Assembly: GCF_000142905.1 (NCBI RefSeq)
Contig: NW_013657646.1
Location: forward strand, 309,324 to 373,323
DNA from: Thecamonas trahens ATCC 50062
Lineage: Eukaryota; Protista; Apusomonadida
Direction: 5' to 3'
Length of the DNA: 64,000 nucleotides
Positions 33,250-43,764 of this stretch are shown in pieces; position 1 is the stretch's first letter, and each line of letters begins with the position of its first letter. The notes under the pieces are model-generated. The model searched no databases, was not told where the DNA came from, and worked only from the letters and a program-made list of their open reading frames with translations. The position numbers and the translations under genes were made by a program.

Positions 33250-33794
33250 TCAGCCAAACTTGGCAACCCGCCCCGGCGGCGGGGTGTAGGCGGGCGGGGC
33301 CTCTGGATGGGCTACAGATATGGGCGCAGCTCTGGCGGGGGCGTTTGCCAGCAAAGGCGGAGTGGCCGCCGCGTGTGTGTCGTCGGCAAGGGCCGCGAAG
33401 ATCTTGATGGCCATCAGCCGGCCGACTGCGATGAGCAGCAGCACAATGCCGAGACCGAGCGCCGTGTGACGCTGACCCGATGGCGCGGATGTGTATGCCA
33501 CTGCCAGAATGAAGAAGGTCAGCCCCCACGCGCCGGCCGCGCCCGAGATCAACCAGTCCCTCGTGGTCAGCTCGCCGTGGCGACGACGGCCCAGCCCGAG
33601 CATCATCATCACGCACAAGCTTCAAATACTGGCTCCAGCAATCAGTCCAAAGCCAGCGTACCACCTCGAAGCGTTGCAGAACTTATGTCGTAGCCAAGTG
33701 TGGTCTTCCGTCGAGGCTGACCGGCTTGGTTAATCCCTCCCTCTCCTGCCTACGCACCTGCCGCCTGCCGACGAGCTGGCGCCCGCACCCGCAT
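33250..33794 (-). CDS. Small multi-pass membrane protein with PPxY tail, weakly HRG1/SLC48A1-like; exons 33794-33758 and 33716-33250, in-frame TGA at 33624-33622
   Basis: A 41-nt GTGCGT..TCAG intron joins ATG 33794 in frame to ...RWYAGFGLIAGASI*SLCVMMMLGLG..., followed by two more TM helices and EAPPAYTPPP. Confidence 0.45.
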
Positions 33795-34351
33795 CTCCCC
33801 CCCCTGANNNNNNNNNNNNNNNNNNNNNNNNNNNNNNNNNNNNNNNNNNNNNNNNNNNNNNNNNNNNNNNNNNNNNNNNNNNNNNNNNNNNNNNNNNNNN
33901 NNNNNNNNNNNNNNNNNNNNNNNNNNNNNNNNNNNNNNNNNNNNNNNNNNNNNNNNNNNNNNNNNNNNNNNNNNNNNNNNNTGCCCCCCACCACACACAC
34001 ACCCTGACCACACCAACACACCACTCCACCACACCCTTCCGAGGCAACGTCTCTACTCACTGTTCTCCGAAGAGATTCCCGGGTATCACCCTTCATACTC
34101 CCCACCCCCCCCCCCCAACACCCCCCCCACCCTCTCTCTCGCGCTGCACTCAGCTTGCCGCTCACCTCTCCCAGTTCGCCGCACACCACAACCTGCTCGC
34201 CGCTCGCTACTCGCTACTCGCCACGCACCACTTACTCTCCTGCTGTCGCTGCCGTCATCTTGATTGCGTCGGCTCTGTCTGGGACAACGGTACTCACGTC
34301 AAGGTCTAGATCGCATCCACAGACGCCGCCTGAACTCGATCGTCGCAATCG

Positions 34352-37300
34352 ATGGTGCGACACGCCAAGGACATGTTTGTGGCGGTTGCTCACGGTGACA
34401 AGGACAAGGTGCTGGCGCTGGTGAGCAAGTACGGCAAGGAGCTACTTGATGTCCATGAGCCGACAAAGGGCACAGTCCCGCTACACTTTGCTGTCATCGC
34501 AGGAAAGCTATCAATGGCCAAGCTGCTCATCAAGCTCGGCTGCGACATCAACGCCACGGTACGCCCTCTCTTGCACCCCCCCCCCCCCCCCCTCTCCTCT
34601 CCTTCTCCTTCTGCTCCCCCTCTACACTCACACTCACCCATTTCCTCCCCCGCTGAATATGCAAAGTCCTCAACTGGCGACTCTGCGCTGCATCTGGCAG
34701 TGATGAAGGACAAGGAGAAGATTGCCAAGCTGCTGATTGTCAAGGGCATTGACGTGCACTTGGAGAACAGCGCGGGCAAGACCGCGTTTCAACTGCTGAA
34801 GCTCAAGCGAAAGGCGGCGGCCAAGAAAAAGGGCGCACCTACGAATCGCGAGCGCAAGGCCAAGCTGGGCGGCGGCGAGGTCGACATCGGAAGCGGGAGC
34901 GCCAGCGGCGACGGCGACAATGCGATTGGCAAGGCGGGCCGAGCCGGCGGCAATTCACTCGACGACGAGAGCTCAGACTCTGACTCGGGCGACGGCGAGG
35001 ACGACGAGTTTGCGGCGGCGCTCAGGGAGCGGTTTCTTTCCCAGTCACGGACAGGCCGGCGGATGTCTGTGCGCCGGCAGGGAAGCGACGACTTGCATGT
35101 CCGCGGGACGACGGCGATGGCGACCGACGACGACGAGGCCGAGGTGGCGCCTGGTCCCTACGAGGCGCCATACCCGGTTGTGTCGTCCGACGACCAGCCG
35201 ACGCCGTCGATCAAGCGGCTCCGGGCCAAGCTGGCTGGACGAGTCCGACAGTTTGCCGAGTCGTCACAGCCGCGGGTGTCAGACGCACCCAAGGTCATCC
35301 TCAGCATCCTCCTTCCGTCGGGGAGCCGGAAGAAGATTGCGGTCCCGTGCGACTACACCGGGCAGGAGCTGATGGATGTGTTTGCCAGCAAGATCAACCT
35401 CGCGGTCAACGACATGTTTGAGCTTGTGGTCCTCAACACCAAGACCGGACGGATCCAGGACTTTATCGACGCAGACCGGACCATCGAAGACCACGAGCTC
35501 AAGCCGTCGGACCTCATCTCGTTCCGTACCAAGTTCTTCAAGATGCCGGCCACGCCGGATCCGGTCATCCTCAACCTGCTGTATCTGCAGACGCGCAACG
35601 ACGTGACGTCGGGCCAGCTGGCGGTCTCGGAGCCGCTGGCAGTGAATCTCGCAGCGCTCACGCTGCAGATCACGCACGGCAAGTTTGACCCCAAGGTCCA
35701 CAACCTGGGCTTTCTGGACGAGTCTGCGCTCGACGACCTCCTCCCGCGGCACCTTGTCTCACGGTACGCGCTCTCACTGTGGCAGGACCGGATGTTTGTG
35801 GCCTGGGCGCGCAACGACCAGGAACTGACCGGCGACGAGTTGGTGCAGCAGTACCTGGCGCGGGCGCGCGAGGCGCCCGCCTTTGGCGGCACCCACTTTG
35901 ACGCCCGTGGACCGGGCTCGGTCCCGGCTTCGATTGCGGTGGTGGAGGACGGCGTTCTCATCCGGCACAAGGGCGAGCCGTACACCTTTTTCTCGCTCTT
36001 TCGGCGGACGCCGGGCTCGGACGAGAACGAACTCAAGTCGTGGCGATGGGATGCCGAGCAAGTTCTGTTCGACGTGGTAGAGCCGGCCAGCGGCGAGGGT
36101 GCGTCGCTGCTCTCGTACGCGGTGGTGGGCGGTGCTGACGCCGCACGGGAGCTGGTCGAGCTTATCTCGGGCTACTACATCCTGCTGGTCTTTGGCGACG
36201 CGGTGCCAACGCGTCCGATGCTGATGCTCGACGACCTGCCTGTTCCTTCCGAGCCGTTGCCGATGCGGACGGTGATGCAGCTGCCGCAGCCGCGGGCGCT
36301 CGACTACGCCGCGCCGTCGCGGCTTGCCCTCCTCCTTGAAACGTATGTCGAGGAGTGCGCCAAGGCCGGTACGGCACCACTGGCGTCGGTGCTGGCGCCG
36401 ATCCACGCCGCGCTCGATGCTGGCACCCCGCTGACGCTGCTCAACATGGGCGCGCCGCAAGCCGACTCGAGCCTCCATGCCACGGCGCAGATTGCGGCGA
36501 CCGAGGCGGCCCGTAAGGCCGAGCTGGGTCTGGTGGCAAGGGGCGGAGGAGCAGGGCCGTCTGGCGGCAAGGCCGGAGGCAAGGACTCTGAGGCTTGTGC
36601 GTTCTGGGCGCCGAACCAGGTCCTCGCACTGGCGACGGCGCTGCGCAAGACGCGCAAGGTAGAGGGCCTGCCTGTAGACGACGTTATGGTGAGCACGGTC
36701 TCGTTTGCACAATCGCGGTTTGGCGAGTCCAAGGCGTGTCTTGGAGCGGTCGAGCGTGTGCTCTCTGAGGTTGGCGACGCGTTCCGGGTGGAGAAGATGG
36801 ACCTAAGCGAGTGTGCGCTCACGACGGAGAAGCAGTGGATTGTGGTGTGCGCGGCGCTGCGGCACACCGCGCCGCTGACCGAGCTTGTGGTGAGCGGCAA
36901 CGCCATGCCGGCCAAGTCGATGCTGGAACTTGTGCGGACGTTCAAGGCCGGCGTGCATGCGAACCAGGTGTTTGCGGCAGCGGCGTGCTCGCTCGGCGAC
37001 GAACACGTGGTGCACCTCGGTAAGCGGCTGTACAACAATGCGTCAACGCTGACGGCGCTCGACCTCTCGGGCAACAAGATTACGGACTTTGGGCTGGAGA
37101 AGGGCATTCTTGTCAACATGGGCCGCAACACTGGCCTGAGGTCGCTGGCGTTCTCGCGGAACAATGTGACGTCCAAGGGCGTCCGGGCGCTGCTCGCGCT
37201 AGTGGAGGAGAAGCGGACGCTGACATCGATCCTCCTCTCCAACTGCCACATCTCAGCCAAGGAGTGCGGCGTGTTCTCGGCACGACTGAGCATCAACTCG

Positions 37301-37996
37301 GTGCAGGTACTCGCGCTTGCCGGCAACTCGCTGGGCAAGGGCGTGGCGACGTTTGCGCCACACCTGACCAAGGCATCGGGCCTGACCGAGCTCGACCTCT
37401 CAGACGTGTCGCTGGAGAAGCACGGGATTGCAGCGCTGGTGGAGACGCTGCCAACCGTCCGCAATCTGCGGACGCTCTCGCTGGCCGACAACGGCATCTC
37501 GACCAAGGACGGGGTGCCGCTGGTGGGAGCCATCGGGGCGTCACGCTCGCTGGTCACCGTCGACCTCTCCGGAAACTCGTTCAAGAAGGACTTTGCCGAG
37601 GCGCTCGGGAGTGCGCTTGCGGCGTCGACCTCGCTCCGCTCGCTCAGCTTGGCGAGCAACAAGCTGGGCGGTGAAGGCGCTGCGGCGATTGGACGGGCAC
37701 TGGCGGCTAACGGGCTTGCGCTCACCGACCTCTCGCTTGCAGGCAACAAGATCGGATCTGGCGTCGACGCCCTCGCCGAGGGCCTGACCTCCAACTCGAC
37801 GCTTATCTCGCTCTCGCTCGCCAACAACTCTATATCGGGCGACCACTTTATGGAGGTGGTCACGGCGCTCGAAGCTAATACCGGCCTGCGGCATGTCGAC
37901 ATGACCGGCAACCAGCGGTTCACGCCTGCCCAGATCGACACCATCATCGAGCCGCGCGACATCTCGTGCGAGATCTACGTTTCATTTGCGAGCTAG
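34352..37996 (+). CDS. Ankyrin + FERM + RNI-like leucine-rich repeat protein; intron 34559-34666
   Basis: Ankyrin motifs (GTVPLHFAV, GDSALHLAV, GKTAFQL), FERM motifs (LSILLPSG, FRTKFF, DPVILNLLYLQTRNDV, AVNLAALTLQITHG, YLARAREAPAFGGTHF) and many LxxLxLxxNxI repeats. The GTACGC..AAG intron is C-rich, 108 nt and stop-free. Confidence 0.9.
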   Translation: MVRHAKDMFVAVAHGDKDKVLALVSKYGKELLDVHEPTKGTVPLHFAVIAGKLSMAKLLIKLGCDINATVRPLLHPPPPPLSSPSPSAPPLHSHSPISSPAEYAKSSTGDSALHLAVMKDKEKIAKLLIVKGIDVHLENSAGKTAFQLLKLKRKAAAKKKGAPTNRERKAKLGGGEVDIGSGSASGDGDNAIGKAGRAGGNSLDDESSDSDSGDGEDDEFAAALRERFLSQSRTGRRMSVRRQGSDDLHVRGTTAMATDDDEAEVAPGPYEAPYPVVSSDDQPTPSIKRLRAKLAGRVRQFAESSQPRVSDAPKVILSILLPSGSRKKIAVPCDYTGQELMDVFASKINLAVNDMFELVVLNTKTGRIQDFIDADRTIEDHELKPSDLISFRTKFFKMPATPDPVILNLLYLQTRNDVTSGQLAVSEPLAVNLAALTLQITHGKFDPKVHNLGFLDESALDDLLPRHLVSRYALSLWQDRMFVAWARNDQELTGDELVQQYLARAREAPAFGGTHFDARGPGSVPASIAVVEDGVLIRHKGEPYTFFSLFRRTPGSDENELKSWRWDAEQVLFDVVEPASGEGASLLSYAVVGGADAARELVELISGYYILLVFGDAVPTRPMLMLDDLPVPSEPLPMRTVMQLPQPRALDYAAPSRLALLLETYVEECAKAGTAPLASVLAPIHAALDAGTPLTLLNMGAPQADSSLHATAQIAATEAARKAELGLVARGGGAGPSGGKAGGKDSEACAFWAPNQVLALATALRKTRKVEGLPVDDVMVSTVSFAQSRFGESKACLGAVERVLSEVGDAFRVEKMDLSECALTTEKQWIVVCAALRHTAPLTELVVSGNAMPAKSMLELVRTFKAGVHANQVFAAAACSLGDEHVVHLGKRLYNNASTLTALDLSGNKITDFGLEKGILVNMGRNTGLRSLAFSRNNVTSKGVRALLALVEEKRTLTSILLSNCHISAKECGVFSARLSINSVQVLALAGNSLGKGVATFAPHLTKASGLTELDLSDVSLEKHGIAALVETLPTVRNLRTLSLADNGISTKDGVPLVGAIGASRSLVTVDLSGNSFKKDFAEALGSALAASTSLRSLSLASNKLGGEGAAAIGRALAANGLALTDLSLAGNKIGSGVDALAEGLTSNSTLISLSLANNSISGDHFMEVVTALEANTGLRHVDMTGNQRFTPAQIDTIIEPRDISCEIYVSFAS

Positions 37997-38434
37997 CGTT
38001 AACGGTACGGTCGGTCGTTCGGGCGCGTTGTCGCGCGCCTCAAAGTGAACAACACATCACAGTACATGAGCAAGGCCTTCCACCCCCCCGCTGGCCTCGT
38101 ATGGCCGCGTGCCCGTGATGCCACCTGCAGCATGCAAGAGTTGCCGTCGCGGTGACGGGCCGAGAGGAGGATGGGCAAGGCGCGTGAGGCGTCGTGCGGC
38201 ACCGATCGAGGGGAGCGGCGCGCGAAGCTGGCGGAGCTTGTCGTTGACAACGGCAAACGCCACCGGATACTATGTCAAGACTGCGTCGACGCCGCTCGCG
38301 CCAAAGCCTTTGTTTCATTTGCAACGCCAATCCCCACGTCACAATGTCGCGAGGGATACCTTAGGGTTTGGCGCTGATGTCGTGTGCTGGAACGCGTGGA
38401 CAGACTACGAAAGGCGCGCAGGTGGACAAAGCCG

Positions 38435-39676
38435 CTACGACGACGCAGAGCTCGATGTCGAGCAGGTGTTGGCCGAGACGGCGGTGGTGAGAGCTGACGA
38501 GGACGACGACGACGACGACGGCGACGATGCGGTGGGGAGGAGTGTCGAGCCGGCCATGAGCCACGAGCGGACGCGGCCGACGAGTGCACCGGTGATGAGC
38601 AGCTGTAGCGGGTGGTAGAGGAGGAGCGGGATGGAGACAGGACCAGACTCGTCGTCGTCGTACATGAGCTGGATGAGGGTGATGCCGACAGCGACGGTCT
38701 TGTGGGCGGCGCCGGCGATGGCGGCGGCGGTGTCGGCGCGAGTGAAGCCAAGGAAAGGCAACTGTGAGGAGAGGAAGACAAGGAGCTGAAGGATGAGGTG
38801 CGAGGCGACGAGGATGATGACCAAGCCAAAGAGAGCGCGCCACGAGAGGTCAACGCCCTTGTCAAAGGTCTTGGCAAAGGTGAAGAAAATGATGATGAGG
38901 AGGACAACCTTGGAGATCTTGGCGTAGGGGATGGAGGCGCGAGCAAGTCGCTCGCGGAAGGCGTACTGCAAAAACTGGCCGATGACAATGGGGATGAGGA
39001 TGGAGATGACGAGGTCGAGGAGCAGCTTGCTCGCCGAGACCGAGCCCGAGTTGCCAAGCAGGACAACAAGGAGAAGCGGCGAGAGAATGACGCCGACAAG
39101 GTTTGTAAAGGTGGCGTTGAAGAGCGAGGCTGCATCGTTGCCGCCCATGGCCTTGGCAAGGACAATCTGGGAAGAGATGGTGGAGGGGAGGACGCCCATG
39201 ACGACAAGGCCATCCAGCAGATCCTCGTTGGAGAACCAGTCGGAGAGATCCAGGAGATAGCGGAGAGCAAACCAGGCGATGGGTGAGAAGACAAAGACCC
39301 AAACGAAAAAGTACAGGTTGTATTTCCAGTACAGAGCTGATTTGCCCAACTCTCGGGTCTTGAGCGAGAGGCCGGAGAGAAGAAAGATGAGGCCAACAGC
39401 GATGTACTTGACCGAGTACTGCGGATACAACGGAGCTTGATTCCGTCCAGCCTCAGGATAAATCGCCGCCAGGATGACGGCCAGCAGCATGCCAGACAAA
39501 AACCACTGTTTCATCAGCACCCGCTTGACCACTCGAAAGCTGTTGCCCGACACGGCCAAGTCCGCCTCGACTGCCGCCAGACTCGCCCGCAGCGCCGTAA
39601 GCTCTGCCACCAGCTGCTCCGACTGAGGCGTGGGCTTGTCATGGAATGACGGTTCCGAGTATCTTCCAGTCGACAT
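38435..39676 (-). CDS. SLC10A7: Sodium/bile acid cotransporter 7-like (SBF-like, Rch1 family)
   Basis: KQWFLSG, AVGLIFLLSGLSLKT, LPSTISS, GGNDAASLFNA, NLVGVILSP, AHKTVAVG and PLLLYHPLQL. Confidence 0.92.
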   Translation of the reverse strand: MSTGRYSEPSFHDKPTPQSEQLVAELTALRASLAAVEADLAVSGNSFRVVKRVLMKQWFLSGMLLAVILAAIYPEAGRNQAPLYPQYSVKYIAVGLIFLLSGLSLKTRELGKSALYWKYNLYFFVWVFVFSPIAWFALRYLLDLSDWFSNEDLLDGLVVMGVLPSTISSQIVLAKAMGGNDAASLFNATFTNLVGVILSPLLLVVLLGNSGSVSASKLLLDLVISILIPIVIGQFLQYAFRERLARASIPYAKISKVVLLIIIFFTFAKTFDKGVDLSWRALFGLVIILVASHLILQLLVFLSSQLPFLGFTRADTAAAIAGAAHKTVAVGITLIQLMYDDDESGPVSIPLLLYHPLQLLITGALVGRVRSWLMAGSTLLPTASSPSSSSSSSSALTTAVSANTCSTSSSASS

Positions 39677-39939
39677 GGAGGATGGGAATGGGCCGTGGGG
39701 GCTGGGGGGTGAGGTGGGGGAGAGCTTGGTTGTGGCCGTGGCCACAGCCGTGGCGGAGAGTGGCGGCCGAAGTGGTGGAGGGATCGGAGGCGGCGGCATG
39801 GAGGGGGGGGGGNNNNNNNNNNNNNNNNNNNNNNNNNNNNNNNNNNNNNNNNNNNNNNNNNNNNNNNNNNNNNNNNNNNNNNNNNNNNNNNNNNNNNNNN
39901 NNNNNNNNNNNNGGGGGGAGGTTTGTGAGGAGTGGAGGA

Positions 39940-42900
39940 CTACGGCTGGAAGAAGGCGAGGAGGCCGCCGCCCTTGGCCTTGGCAAAGACTGTGCCGGGC
40001 GGCTTGGAGGCGTGGGAGGCGTTGCGCGGGGCGATGGTGCAGACGAGATCCTTGCCGGGCTTCTTGATGGCGGACGGGTTCTTGGGATCGGCCACGCGCG
40101 AGTTGTTGAAGCGGAGGGCCTGCTCAAACTTGACGGGCATGACCTTGCCGGACTGGTCGAGCGACTCGTAGAGGACGGTGACGAGCTCGGAGACGTGCTC
40201 CTGACCGGAGAGGCCGACGTCGACGACAAAGTCGCGGAGCGGCGACTCCATGCGGATGACGACGACGGTGTCTGCAGCGGGTGAGACGGCGACTTCCTTG
40301 ACCTGTGAGATGGGCGAGGGCTCCTTCTTGATGACGTACTTTTCCGGGTCGTACTTGTAGATGGAGCGGTCGGTGACGATGAGGACGCGGACCTGTGGCT
40401 TGAGCTTGGGGTTGATCTTGACGACGCGGGCGGCGTAGGCGACGCGGGTGTCGCCGTATGTCTGGAAGAGGAGCTGGACAGCGTGGACAAAGTCCGGGTC
40501 CGACTCGAGGTAGTTGGCGTCAAAGGAGCGGCCGGGCGACCACGGCTTCTTGCCGGAGAACAGGTCCATGGCGAGGATTTTCTGGCGCATGCGGTACTGC
40601 TCCTCGGGGTTGAGCGAGGTGACCATTTTGTAGGCCCACCACTTGTGCCAGATCTGGTAAAAGTAGGCAAAGGCCTCGGAGAAGCGGCCCCAGGGCTCGG
40701 GCCAGCGGGTGTACTTGCCAAAGTACGGGTCCGAGGCAGCCGAGCCAAAGGCCTGCCAGACGGCAAAGACGTCGTTGCGGCAGCGGTAGTTGATGTAAGC
40801 ACGGACGATGGTGGCTGCGGCGCGGGTGAACTTGAGCTTGCGACGGAGCTCCTCGCGGTGCGAGAGGTACCAGCGGCGGGTGGCAAAGGCGCGCCAGTTT
40901 TTCTGGATGATGATGGCAATGTCGGGCATGACCTGGGCGCGGGTGGTCTCGAGATAGAGGAAGAGCTTGGCGTCCTTGATGAACACCTTTGTCTTGCCCA
41001 TGCGGTACTCGGCCGGGTCGATGCCGAGGTCGTTGAGGATCTGCAGGGTGCCGTCGTAGTCAGAGCCGTACCAGTTGGGCCAGGTCGAGGTGGTGAGGAG
41101 CTTGTAGCGGCGAAGAAAGTTTGCAAAGTGCATGCGCTGGCAGAAGCCGGCTTTGCGGACGCGGACGGTCTCGACGAGGTTGAGGTAAACGATCTGGTGG
41201 TCAACGCGCTCGCGGTTCATGTACAGGGCGCGCTTGAGGTCGTTCGACTTGATGCAACGGATGTAGTGCGGCTCGCACTGCTGGAGGGTGGAGATGAGAT
41301 CACAGACGGCGCGCTTAAACTGGAAGCCTGCGGTCTCGGGCCGCTTCTTGTTGTTGAGCAGCTTGTCTGCATCGCGGAAGAGGTATGTGACGAGGCGGTG
41401 CTTGGAGCCGAGGCAGGCCTGGATGAGGTCGACATTGAGCTGGTCGCGGTTCTTCTCGAGGAAGAGTTCGGCCGAGTAAACGACCTGGCCGGCGTAGTGG
41501 TGGATGCGGAAGTCCGAGGGGCCGAGGTGGCGGTCACGCGACGACGAGGCGGTGTCAAAGTGGTCGTGCGTGCCGAACGAGTTGGTGAACTTGTCGACGA
41601 GGTCGCGCGGGGTCGACTGGCCGACGAGGCAAGCCTCGTCGAGAAGCGGGATGAGGCCGATGCGGCGCTGGCCCTCGATGAGCGAGATGATGGGCTGGTT
41701 GTCAAAGTAGTCGATTTCGGTCCACTCGATGCCCTCACGGAGGTACTCCTCCTGCTCGGAGCGGAGGACGTTGTTGATGAACAGCTGCTGGAGCTTCTCG
41801 TTGCAGTAGTTGATGCAGAACTGCTCAAACGAGTTGACCTCGAAAATCTCAAATCCGTAGATGTCGAGGACGCCGATGCGGACCTGCGAGTAGCCCGAGG
41901 TCACCTTGAGCTTGTCGTTGAGCCGCTCGACAACCCAACCAAAGACGCGGTGGTAGAGCTCCTTGGCCAGCGCGTCGCGGGTAAAGACGGCCTGCGCGAG
42001 GTCGAGCTGGACGGTGATCTCATTCTTGCGCGCACCAAAGCCGGTGGTGATGGTCCGGGTCGTGAGCGCCGCATTGAGCACTGCTGGCGAGATCTGCAGC
42101 AGCTTGGCGACGGCCGAGACTGCAGACTTGTCGACAATCTCGACGCAGTCGGTGTTGGTCTGCTGCGACTTGGCCACGTCCTCGCGGTACTGCACGTTGC
42201 CGAGGTGAAGGACGGCGGCGAGGATCTGAGTGACGTAGCCAAAGTCTGCGCGGGCCCAGCCAAGCGTCTGCATGGCCTGCACAACCTCGTTGTAGTCCTT
42301 ACCGTCATTGATGGTGTTGACGGTGTAGCACGACGAGAGCGAGAGGTACTGGTACTGGCTCGGGTCTGCCACCAGGCCGAGCGACGAGAGGAGCGACGGC
42401 TGCGAGAGGATCTGGTAGAAGATGTGGAAAGAGCGCTCGCCGTCAGCCCGGGTCACCACCCGCGACTTTTCCAGCAGGTACTGTGAGATCTGCCCGCCGA
42501 GCGGGGTGCCGGCGTAGTCGAAATCAAGCTGCATGTACTTGCCGAACCGCGACGAGTTGTCGTTGCGCAGCGTCTTGGCGTTGCCAAACGCCTCCAGAAT
42601 CGGGTTCGACTGCAGCAGCCGCTCCTTGATGGCGTCGGCCTCGGCAGACGCCGCAGAAACGTGCGCAATGTACCGCATGAAGATCTTCGACGCCTCGGTC
42701 TTCCCGGCTCCGGACTCGCCTGTGATGATCACGCATTGGTCGCGCTTCGAGTTGATCATCGACCGGAACGTGTCCTCGGCGAGAGCGTACACGTGCGGCT
42801 GCACCTCGTACATGAACTTGTTGCGATAGTCATCCATCGACACAGTCGCCACAGGCAGGTCGCGCTTGAACGGGTTAACCGACACGACTTGCTCGCCAAC

Positions 42901-43670
42901 ATTGGTCTGTCGGCGGGAGGGGGGTGAGTGGCGAGGTGGGGTGGAGAAAAAAAAAGCTGTCCAGCAGAGATTACACGTGAACAATGTGAAAGGCTCAACA
43001 AAATAAGGTCAAGCCGCCATCCGCACCTGCCCCGCGCGACCACCTTTGGCAAAGGCAGCAGACTGCAAACCAGGCCAACTAACATCCATTGCCCTTCTCC
43101 AGCAGAGGAAGGGAGGAGGAAGGGGAGGGGGGGGGGGAGGGAGGGAGGGGGAAAGGCGGTGTAGGCGAAAGGGCAGAAAAAATTGCCCCCTTCACCGTTA
43201 TGCAGCCGGTCGGCAAAGCATTGAATGACGGGTGGGCGGAGGAGGCGAGGAGAGCGGGGGCGAGAGGGGGAGGTGGGGGGAGGGGGGGGGAGGGAGGGGG
43301 GAGAGAAGAGGGAGGGTGCGGTGGGAGGAGGAAGGAGGGGGGCGGGAGGGGAGGGAGAGGGGGGGAGGGTGCGGGGGGAGGGAGGGAAGGAGGAGGGACG
43401 GAGAGCGTGGGTGGTTGGCCGCTTGCTGGTCGCTGGGTGAGCTGCAAAATTGGGGAGGCAGTGCGGCGGGGGGAGGGAGGGGGAGGGGAAGGGGCAGGTG
43501 ATGGTGGACAGGGAGGTATGGGGAGAGGGAGAGGGGAGAGGGGGGCGTACATAGATGAGACCCTTCTGGAAACGGAGCTCGAGGTTGTCCATGAAGCCAC
43601 GGTGGGAGACATCGTCAAGGAGGGTGAAGTCGAACAGGCCCTCGCCCTCGCGGAACATGGAGGCGGTCAT
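39940..43670 (-). CDS. MYO1: Class I myosin, short-tailed (motor, IQ motifs, TH1); exons 43670-43551 and 42906-39940
   Basis: DFTLLD..NLELRF..GLIY, intron GTACGC..ACAG, then TNVGEQVVSVNPF, GESGAGKTEASK, LEAFGNAKTLRNDNSSRFGKY, DIYGFE, PHYIRCIK, IIIQKNWR and a TH1 tail (KINPKLKPQVRVLIVTD). Confidence 0.97.
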
Positions 43671-43764
43671 GGCCGGCGAATGGGTGGTGGTGCGACAAGT
43701 GGCAAGCATTGTGTACGGCAGTGGCTCAGAGGGGGGGCGAGCTTCAGATCAGAGTGTGGCAACT

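Noticed and set aside
37999-38434. Short ORFs between the ANK-FERM-LRR and SLC10A7 stops
   Set aside because: No motif or splice evidence. Probably 3' UTR sequence.
40483-42486. Long antisense ORFs (also 36304-37962, 45957-47567, 29417-30334, 21696-22574)
   Set aside because: These are shadows of well-identified genes on the other strand. High GC3 suppresses antisense stops, and no motifs are present.
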